Shown here in pieces: positions 54,523 through 64,000 of a stretch of DNA of 64,000 nucleotides. The notes beneath the pieces were generated by a model that did not search any database, was not told the origin of the DNA, and saw only the letters and a list, made by a program, of their open reading frames with translations. The position numbers and the translations under genes were made by a program. The DNA comes from Tubiluchus corallicola. Its lineage: Eukaryota > Animalia > Priapulida. Where the stretch lies: NCBI GenBank assembly GCA_030141605.1, contig JAQGDQ010000364.1, positions 1 through 64,000 on the forward strand. Reading direction: 5' to 3'. Numbering within the stretch: position 1 is the first letter of the stretch; every line of letters starts with the position of its first letter.

Positions 54523-55316
54523 TTAGTATGTAATTTTGTTCTCGATTAGATACCCTAAAATTTTCGCACGTCCAAACGGGAAATAATTTCCGCGGGTATC
54601 ACCGGGAATAAATAAACGATACAGCAGGACCGGCAGGGTCTCTTGACTTGTCAGCCAACTGAGTCAATAGATCTTTTTTGAGAAGTCTGAAAAGTCCTGG
54701 TACGTCTGTGGTGTAGTGGCTTCAGTGAGCGTTCAATATCTTTCAGGCTTTCCAATTTAACACTGCCACTAAAACTCGAACCCGAGGTATTTTGCTCTCC
54801 GAGCGGCTAGGTTACTATTGAACCACAAAGGCATCTGCCTTTTCAGACTCAGAAATTTGCACTGAAACCATAAGAGGTCTCTTCAATAGGGAGTCACGAT
54901 CCGCATTGCATCAAGACGAAATCAATAATGTAAATGGACGAAAACGGTATTAAATTGGAAAGCCTAAAAAATAATGCACCTTCACTGGGACTCCAACCTA
55001 AGACATTTTGCTTTCCGGGCAGCTGTACTAACTATTACACCACAGGGGCACACTGGCTTTTCAGTTTCATACATTTACATCACGAAAGCCACTAGAGGTA
55101 ATAATAGTATGCAGTTTACCATACAAATGCACGAAAGCAATACTAAATTAAAAGTAAACTGATTGCCTAATGTATTTAGATGATACTTTCACCTTAGTTC
55201 TCTGGTGTTTTAAAGTTTATCATTCTCCAGTTTGTTGGCGGAATCATTTATCCAGAAATCCAAAGCCGGTTTGAAGTTCCAAATTAGAAATTTACATTGC
55301 ATTGCCTTTATTGCAG

Positions 55317-55452
55317 CTCTGTAACGGTGTCTCCTCCAAAATCAAAAGAAATCTTGCGTCAGTGGGTGCACTTCTGTCTAGTGGTTGATACAAACGCCCC
55401 TTCTAACAAGATGACAGTATATTGGTATGGACTGAACACAAAAGAGCTGGCT
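55317..55452 (+). CDS. Pentraxin/LamG-like gene exon 5: SVTVSPPKSKEILRQWVHFCLVVDTNAPSNKMTVYWYGLNTKELA
   Basis: tttattgcag acceptor, GTAAGT donor; WxHxC motif resembling the pentraxin HxCxS/TWxS signature, followed by a xxVYxxG strand; phase 2 to 0. Confidence 0.85.
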
Positions 55453-55559
55453 GTAAGTTAGATCTCCCGAAAGATCATGTTATTTGCCCGTGCAAATTAA
55501 AATTGGTAGTTTTTACAAAACATGAAAGCAAAAGGAAGGAATTAAGAAAATAAAATGCG

Positions 55560-55589
55560 AAAGAAAGAGAGGGGAAAACTGAAAGAGAA

Positions 55590-55657
<68 letters not shown>

Positions 55658-55673
55658 TGAGAGAAAGAGAGAC

Positions 55674-55735
<62 letters not shown>

Positions 55736-55800
55736 AAGAAAGAAAGAGAGAGAACGAAAGAGAGAGAGAGAAAGAGAGAGAGAGAAAGCGAGGGAGGGGA
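55560..55800. repeat. (GA)n microsatellite
   Basis: Direct inspection. Confidence 0.97.
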
Positions 55801-56320
55801 TTTTCCTAGAATATGAGAGTGCTCTCCCGAGACGTGTCATTTTTAATATATGAATAAAAAGTTTAAAGTCCTTTCTTTGCTTTAAAATAAATTTTTTATT
55901 GTCAGCTTTTCCACTAGTGGGCTCACCAACTGGCCCTGAGTGTAACTTGTATTGCTAACCACTGAGACTAACTAAGTGGTTAACAACACTCTCTGGCTAG
56001 CAATGAAAGTTTGCATTACAGTCAATTCAGCTAACGAGGCCCAATAGTGTGGCCATGACAATAAATTTATCTGTTTTGAAACTAAGAAAGGGTCTTTTCA
56101 TTTTCTTTTTCCCCTTTTTGTCGTAATTATCGTGAAATTTACAACGGATGTAAACTTTTTAAACTATGTTTTTTTCCTGTTTCAGGATGTTGCATTCTAC
56201 TAATTCATTTGATTACATTCTAGGCTGTTGAAAGAGTCTCATATTGGCATTCTGAGTTGAACTGTTGTTTTGCCTCAATGCCTGTTTTTGCCCTTATTAC
56301 CACCATGTTTGCTTTTGCAG

Positions 56321-56566
56321 GTTGTACCTGTCCCGGACGGCTCGGTTCCTGCTACCCTATTGGAACCACTTCGACTTGTCTACGATAGCGACCAAGACAT
56401 CTGGGCAAGTGGCTTCTACGCAATCAGTGAGGGTGCCTTGTTTAACAATTTCAACGTCTGGCACAAAGCTCTGCCCGAAAGGAGAGTGAAACGTCTGTTA
56501 ACGAGCTGCGCAAATTGTGGAAATGTATTCTGTTCTATGGAAGCTTCGGCAAGATACATTGGATCG
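56321..56566 (+). CDS. Pentraxin/LamG-like gene exon 6: VVPVPDGS...GALFNNFNVWHKALPERRVKRLLTSCANCGNVFCSMEASARYIGS
   Basis: gcttttgcag acceptor, GTGCGT donor, 246 nt, phase 0 to 0; FNVWxxAL...C..GNV resembles the pentraxin C-terminus. Confidence 0.85.
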
Positions 56567-57555
56567 GTGCGTGAATCTTCTACTTTTTACATCATCCTTT
56601 TTGAAGTATAGACAGCTGTTTTGTGTTTTGCATTCAAAAAATTTGTAGGCCTAAGTGACTCGAAGTTATTCAGGTACCAGGCAACGTTGTAATGGTCATC
56701 TATTCCACAAGTTTGTCTATTTCCACAGTCAGTCGCTCAAGTACTGTTCTTTCCTCCACGAGGACTGCACCATTCAAAATGAGTCTTATCAGAACTATGA
56801 CTTTTCTGCTACTGTATGAGCACAGACATAATTAAACGATTACAAATTAGATACTGTTCTTTTTAGGAGAATCTTGACTATCCAATCATACTATTTGTAA
56901 ATGATTTTAAAGAGATGTGAATAGATGAAATGAAAAAAACACGCCCATCACAGGCACGCCAACATAGTCGATTGAGTAGTTTAGTCTGGTGTACATTTGT
57001 GTGTGTGCTATTTTATTGATCGTGAGCCTGCTAGAGCCCACGAGAACCGTCTGATGCCAGAGCTGAGCATTTTTTTGCCTTAAGATCCCCCTCTTTTATC
57101 TACATAAATGAATCACAGAGCTGGAGTATTATTAGGCTTAAATTTGTTAGACTGATTTAAAAAAATGCTTGTGGCTTTTGCGTTACTACTCCAAAAGCAA
57201 AATTACATTTTTGGTACATTGAACTGTGGTTTTGCATTTTAATTTTTACCTATTGTGCGCGCAATGGATAGGCGTACCCCAATTATTTACGAAGAGAAAA
57301 CACCAATGAACAAATGAAGAAATTTTTAATGTGTTTTGCGTATTTTATAATGGTTTCTTAACCTTTACAGTAACAGTATTTCTTATTTTTTAGTAATTAC
57401 TGTGCTTAATTTTACTATGGACATATTGCAATGTGTTGTGTTTATTTTATAATGTTTTTTACTTCTTCCTTTTTTCATTTTTACCGCCACTTTTAATTAC
57501 TAATCGCACTTCGACCGTAATGGAAATGACTTTACGTATGTATATAAAACAAATA

Positions 57556-57725
57556 TCTATTCTGTTCTATTCTATTCTATTCTATTCTATTCTATTCTAT
57601 TCTATTCTATTCTATTCTATTCTATTCTATTCTGTTCCGTTCCGTTCCGTTCCGTTCCGTTCCGTTCCATTCCATTCCATTCCATTCCATTCCATTCTAT
57701 TCTATTCTATTCTATTCCATTCTAT
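57556..57725. repeat. (TTCTA/TTCCG/TTCCA)n pentanucleotide array
   Basis: Direct inspection. Confidence 0.97.
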
Positions 57726-57783
57726 CCTTTTCTAACTTAGTTTAGATATATATTGGTTCTATTAAATATCAAATAAATTCCAG

Positions 57784-58074
57784 ATCACATGCGGAATGCC
57801 ATCTTTCTGCTCCACAGCAAAAGACTTGAGAAGACAATGCCAGAACCCAGCATATGCTCTAGAGGTTGAGACAAGCGGATACGGCAACCAAAACAAGAAT
57901 GGAAACCGAAGAGGCTACGGCAATCAACAACAAGGTTATGGCAACCAACAACAAGGTTACGGCAACCAACAACAAGGTTATGGCAACCAGCAACAAGGTT
58001 ATGGCAACCAGCAACAAGGTTATGGTAACCGGAACAATGGTTATGGTAATCGGAACAACGGCTATGGCAATTAA
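57784..58074 (+). CDS. Pentraxin/LamG-like gene exon 7 (last): ITCGMPSFC...then GYGNQQQ x5 and GYGNRNN x2, stop
   Basis: attccag acceptor, phase 0; 21-nt repeat with synonymous variation (tat/tac, caa/cag, ggc/ggt) indicates a coding repeat; the seven exons sum to 1110 nt (369 aa). Confidence 0.85.
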   Translation: MTCGMPSFCSTAKDLRRQCQNPAYALEVETSGYGNQNKNGNRRGYGNQQQGYGNQQQGYGNQQQGYGNQQQGYGNQQQGYGNRNNGYGNRNNGYGN

Positions 58075-58345
58075 AACAGGAAATTATAAGTAACATAACT
58101 TTGCATGGAAAGTTTTGGGACATGGTTTAACATTTCATCTTCTTCCCCTGATTCACGTTGCTCATATATGACGTCATGTAATTGGAACAATATCGTGGGA
58201 GATTTAAATTGAAAACAAACAAAAATTCCTTTCAACACGGGCATGACATACGCGTAAGATTGCTATAAAGTAACATAATTTTAAGGCCATTTTTCTGAAA
58301 AGACTTCAGGTACCCCTTTTCTTGTTCTTTAAGCTATTCTTACGT

Positions 58346-58351
58346 AATAAA
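58346..58351 (+). promoter_or_regulatory. Candidate polyadenylation signal of the pentraxin-like gene
   Basis: AATAAA about 270 nt after the stop; another near 58437; common by chance in AT-rich DNA. Confidence 0.3.
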
Positions 58352-58999
58352 AGTTTCAAGAAAATGACACAACTCAAAGCAGCACTGTACCAAAATATAT
58401 TGGCTAGTCTTTCATTGTAGTTTTATAGAAGTATTAAATAAATAATAGCCTATAAATAACTTTATAGTTTGTACATCTGTTTTTTAAAGCTTTCGAAAAT
58501 TTTGACATTGTGCTATTTTTACTATTGGTAAACTTGACAATTCACTGGTTTTACACAAAACAATTCACAATTTTTTAAGCTCATTTTTTATTTACTTTGT
58601 TATCTTGTTAATGTTCTTTTATCTTAATTTTTTTAATAGTACTGGTATATGTTAAGCCACGGTACGTACCTTGTACGTACATACAAGGCAAGGGAAGTAC
58701 GATTTTAGTCAAGGCAGATTGAAGAAAATTAATGTTGATAGTCCGAAACTATTATTGCCTCAATAATTATAATTATAGGGTATACGTGTTGTTTCTAAGA
58801 CAAAAGTAATATTATTAATTATCTTATTACGTGTGTACTATGCTTACATGGCGATTTAAAATAGAAAATTAGTGCATGTTCAATTTGTTATTATAGATTG
58901 CTAGATCACAGTAAGGCTAAGTAGATTACAGTTCTAGAAGTCATTTTATTTAGCTGTGATAACTCTTTTGCAGTAGAAATGTGAACACGCCTTGGTTAA

Positions 59000-59612
59000 C
59001 TAGATATGCCTTTGCTTGCAAATGAAAACCGTCCATAAGTTCGGCATAGCTAAAACTACGTTATGATTCTTCAAAGTAGAATGTACCAAAAATTGAGTCA
59101 AATGTCAATTTTTTATAAAAAAACAATTGCTAAATATACTGGACCTTTATATTCTAGCATCAAATTATTAAGAAAATGTTCAAAAAATACTAAAACTCTC
59201 ATTTTATAAGCCCGTACCCAGTTTTCTTGCTAAAAACTAGTACTGCAATTGTAAAGAACATGTATTTTCAAACTCCGATAGTAAGTTTTTTCGTTGCTAA
59301 ACCCAGATTTTCGTCACTAGGAAACATCTACTGGGTTTAAACATAACTTCAATGTGTCGGTAGCAACCAACATTTTTGTCTTTTGCTAAGTTTTTTGTAG
59401 AAACGCGACAAAAACAATCATTGACTTTAACAATGATTTTTTCAAGGTCATGTCTTTCAATGTGTAGCCTGCGCCTCAACTTCAAGGTGGATTATCTCAG
59501 CTTAGAAATAACATAGAGCGATTAACTTGGTACCAAAATTATCCTTATGAAATGGAGATTCAAGATATGTGAATTAGAAAGCTTACTTATGGACGATTTT
59601 GTTATGCAAGCA
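59000..59612. repeat. Dispersed repeat about 600 bp, inverted copy of 49420-50030
   Basis: Colinear reverse-complement similarity along the length, clearly diverged. Confidence 0.85.
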
Positions 59613-60531
59613 TTATATTTTTGTTTAGTGATGTTTGTTAGAAATGTTCAATAGATTCCTAGTTATACCAGTTATAACTTTTTTAATTGTTAAGCAAAAA
59701 TGAAGCAACATAACAAAAGAAAACAAAATTGTTAAATTTGCAAATAATTAGGCTTTTGCTGATTATTAGGTTGCATTAGTATTAATGAGTTGAATAAATA
59801 GTTAATGCTGAAAAACGCTGATCTTATTAGTGATTTTTGTCTTGGTTTTTGTTAAGTCTGCAAGTTGAGCGGCAATTCGTAATTAAAATTAGTGGGGTGC
59901 TGTTTCAGAAAATTTTTTACCACTGTCGATAATATTCAATATATTAAGTCTTTTTTCTTTAGTTCGTTTTTATACTTGTGCGGAACCCGAAAATGTGAGG
60001 GAAGTACAATTTGCTTCACAGCCCAAGCAACGTGCCGTTTTTTCCGTTGTGGCCATGCGGACATGACTGGGATAACACGCTGTATGCTAGCGGCTGCTGC
60101 TAGGTAGAAAAGTACACAGTAACAACTGCCATGTGCTTACCGTGTACTGTCATATTCTCGGTTGTGATAAAGTGTAAACTTAGCATATGTGCTCAAAACA
60201 TAAATATCTAATAAAGGACACCTTGCATCCACAAGGATAAGTACTGTGACTGTAAGTGAACTACAACAGCTTAATTTTTCACAGTAGTCACTCCATGAGA
60301 AAATTCCAGTTAACAAAAGTGACCTTTCAACACCCCATATTCAAATATAACTACAACATTAAAATTACATATGTTTGTTACGTTTCACACTGTATTAAAA
60401 CAATGGCTACAATTTTTTTGTAGCAGCAACCCCACTAATTTTACTTAGCCCTGCCATACGGGTCGAAGTTTCTAAATGGAAAAAACATTACTAATGCTTT
60501 ACCATTAACTTCATTACTGTAATGCACCACA

Positions 60532-60768
60532 CAACGACGATGACGACGACAACGACAATTGCAGCAAAATAAAGACAAAGACAGCGACAGCAGCAACAAC
60601 AATAACGGCAACAGCAACAACAACAGCAGCGACAAAGACAACGATAGGGAGCAACAGCAGCAATAAGTAGAACAGCAGTAACAGTAGTACTAGCAACAAT
60701 AACTGCAGTGGCAGGAACAGCAGCTGCAACTGGAATAGTAACTGCAACTGAAGGAACTGCTGCAGCAT
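60532..60768. repeat. Degenerate (CAR/CGA)n trinucleotide tract
   Basis: Direct inspection. Confidence 0.8.
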
Positions 60769-61099
60769 AAGTCTTATTCTTGCATATTTCTAGTCTCTGT
60801 GCAACATTAACATTTGAAGCATGTCGCAAGAGATTCGTAACTTATGAAGCTTATGAGGTAAATTTCTCTTCATAATAATATTTATAATACTCACAATAAA
60901 GTTTATATCTTCACTACCAAATTTTTTCAGCAGTGTAGGACCTCGTTTATCCAGAATATCAAAATTACTATATATATTCATTAGTACGACATTTAATGCA
61001 AACTAGTACCAAAATACGTATAAAATTCTGATGGTCAGAACGTCATCTTAGATGCAGTACAATGGCTACATGCAGCTTTGAACTGAAAAGAAAAACCAT

Positions 61100-61111
61100 T
61101 GATGATGATGA

Positions 61112-61160
<49 letters not shown>
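61100..61160. repeat. (GAT)n(GAC)n microsatellite
   Basis: Direct inspection. Confidence 0.95.
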
Positions 61161-61171
<11 letters not shown>

Positions 61172-63182
61172 TGATGATATGAAGAATTTAAGGTAAAATT
61201 GCTAAGACATCAGCATAGGTAGAACACAGGTGAGTTTATTTATACAAATCAGTAACAGCACACGTTTATTCAATGATCTCTGACAGACAACTGACCAGGT
61301 AAGTTTTCTATGAAGCAAGGAAGCCAGCAATTCTATGAAAGGTAAATGTTATGCATACTACATAGTTCAAGGATGAAAGTTTAGACTGTATATGAAGAAA
61401 TAGACTTATTTTACAGCTGAAATTTCTTGTATGGGATTTTTTAATGTTTTAACCAGAGAATGCGATATGATGACATAATAAATAAAAAATAATGACATAT
61501 GACATAATAATAAAAACTAATGACATATGACATCGTGAGCTTCACGACAGATGATGATGAATGATAATAATGTCACTATTAGCAATTAAAAACTTGTTGC
61601 CCTATTTGTAGAAAAGGGTAAACATTTTCTAGCATGAATAAAACACAAACATATAACTCACGTAACGAAAGTGTCGTACATAATGGTACGAATTACCGTA
61701 ACAAAAGACTACATAATGGTCATCTTTGTTCTTCTACTTCGTTTGTTTTTTTTTAATAAAACAAGACAACAAAACTTTTGCACACGTTATGGAACTCTGA
61801 TCATGTTGTTTCACCCATTCATGAACCGCACACCAATAATGATATAAATTAAAGACGCACATACAATTTGTTATGTTCTAAATATAAATGTCATTTTGCT
61901 AGAATTGCTAGAATAAAGTAAGTTTTACATTACTAAATGTAAATTCACATCAAACGTTTGTAACAAAATTATCTTTAATCTTTAATTCCACTGCAAAGAG
62001 TCGTCTACATCGATTGCGTAATGCAGAATACGAATTGTCATGCAATAAAAAGTTTTTCATATTACAGGAAGTCAATTAAATTTCTTTTGACCTCCCGCAT
62101 AGACAAAAGAGTACACACATTAAACGCGCGCTGAAGAGATACCGATCATCAAAACTTTTCTCACACAGAGAAATATTTTAATCTTCTTAATCCCATTTGC
62201 TTAGCCAAGAACTTTCCTAAACAGAAACATAGTCAAATCTTAACTTTAATTTAAACTAATTTTCCCAGCAAATTATTATGTTCGTATAACTTGCCCGAAA
62301 TTAAGAAACTTCTTTCAATTAATATGCATGTCGTTGATTAAGCAGGCTGACCTGAACTTCCGCGTTCAATGGCAATTAGCAACCGTATCATTGCATGTTA
62401 CGCAATACCATGGGAAAGTTCTCAGTAATACTCACAAATGGCAATAGTGTAATTTTAGTAGCATATTGATAGTGATTAAAACATATTTCTTAATGGAGAT
62501 GATTTAGCATTTTATTTATTAACAGAACGTGATTGCTCGTTTACTATGACAAATGAAATCGCTCTCATTAACCCGTAGAGATTCTTCATTAGTTTAATTA
62601 ATTATCACTGTTATTTTTTTGTAATGCACCATTAATCTTTCCTTGATTATCACCTATTGTTAAGCATTTTTTTCACTTTGTTACAAATCTGAGCATGCAC
62701 AAGCACTTGTATAATTCCCACGCCTTTACATTCACGCTTGCTCAACCATCCACCTACAATACTTATAGCATATTTAACACCTGCAAAATCTCCGTAGCCG
62801 AGTGGTCAAGGTTGTGGACACGCCCGCAACTGGTTTTCAAATGAGCGAAGGAGAAGAAGCAAAAAGTTTATTTTTTTTAAATATGGCAGCATTCATTTCA
62901 AAAACATCTAGTGTATTACGAAAACATCAGAAATAAGTCACACGCATCACAAAAAAATCTATTCATACAAAAAACTGAGTGCTGGTACAGTATAACTCCT
63001 GCAGCAGTTCAGCTCGCAATATAGTACATGTGTATCGCAATATACTGCGTATACTGTAGTATTCATTGAGTGCTTGGTATACTACCCTAGAAGAAAGCGA
63101 TGTAGAGTGCATCATTCTATTGTTTATACTAGCTGCAACTTAAAAATGACAAATCAACTAGTGAACCAAATGACGTACATAT

Positions 63183-63521
63183 TAGGGGCGAGCATCGAAT
63201 GTTCGAGTCATTCGAACGTTGAATTCGATTCCAACGAGTTTTTTAAGTTTGAATTCGATTCGAACCTAAAACAATCGATTCAAATAATTCAGCACATCAA
63301 TCACATGCATTTTTTCTCAACAAGATGATTGCAACATGCAATTGTAGCATAATTTAGCTGAGATTTCTATTCACAATTTTAAACAAATTACATTATTTTA
63401 CTGCAGAGCAAAATCGAGTAATATGCATGGTCTCAATCTCAATTTGAATTTGATTCGTATTCGAAATACTGAAGTTCGGTTCGATTCGAATTTGTTTTCT
63501 GGTAGAGAATGCTCACCCCTA
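63183..63521. mobile_element. hAT-like MITE, family H
   Basis: TIR TAGGGGCGAGCAT...ATGCTCACCCCTA; 8-bp TSD GTACATAT. Confidence 0.9.
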
Positions 63522-64000
63522 GTACATATCCATTTAATTATCAATCAAGATTAGCAATAACTGTAGGCATTTTTCTGATATCAAGTCTACTTGCTGATCC
63601 GGACTTTTATTCACCATAGTACAAATATTCATCATTTCCGTAATATAAATGGATTTAGGCATATTATAATATAATTAACCTTGTAATATTCAGTATATAT
63701 TATAAGTTTTGCATTTACTCCCACTAATGCTTATGCTCGGTGATGTTACGTATTTTTGAAAATATGTACAATGTAAGAGGCGTGGATAATGATCCGCTAT
63801 GCTCGCAGCTTATGGTAGATGGCAGGGCATCAAAAAAAGTTATCGCATATTGCTTTAGTGTGAGATTGTAAAATTTTGTTATTGATACTGTCTTTCAGTT
63901 TTTGAACATTTGGATTTTTTTATATCGGATTAGATGAATTTGAAACAGAAAGCGAGGCATGTTAATAAATTTGACTGTACTGAAGTTTGAAATTGAAAGC

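Noticed and set aside
57796-58074. GYGNQQQ ORF as a stand-alone gene or neuropeptide precursor
   Set aside because: No signal peptide of its own, an in-frame acceptor lies at 57783, and repeats are not separated by dibasic or amidation sites
62789-62850. tRNA-like start (gtagccgagtggtcaagg)
   Set aside because: Only an A-box-like segment; no T-arm or acceptor stem, so no cloverleaf

Overview
AT-rich, repeat-dense eukaryotic (animal, probably invertebrate) genomic DNA. Nearly all long ORFs in the supplied track are microsatellite artefacts. The real genes are spliced and were rebuilt by hand from GT-AG sites and exon phases. (1) An 8-exon minus-strand gene (43371->20798, 397 aa) encodes a secreted matrix metalloproteinase (HETGHALGLNH zinc motif, SIMYP Met-turn). 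It has no PRCGxPD switch and no hemopexin domain, and ends in a Pro/Gly/Arg linker plus a 4-Cys tail. (2) A divergently oriented 7-exon plus-strand gene (50297->58074, 369 aa) encodes a secreted pentraxin/LamG-like protein ending in GYGNQQQ heptad repeats. (3) An exon at 13166-13466 (-) encodes a small single-TM protein. The rest is non-autonomous DNA transposons (TTAA/Kolobok-like, 8-bp-TSD hAT-like, 6-bp-TSD IS3EU-like, TA-flanked fold-backs), LINE fragments, tRNA-derived SINEs, mini/microsatellites, and a >=1.3-kb-arm inverted duplication at the left edge. The most interesting candidate system is the head-to-head pair of an atypical MMP and a Tyr/Gln-repeat pentraxin-like protein, possibly an extracellular-matrix or biomaterial module; that functional link is inference only. 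All coordinates were read by eye and no database searches were run.
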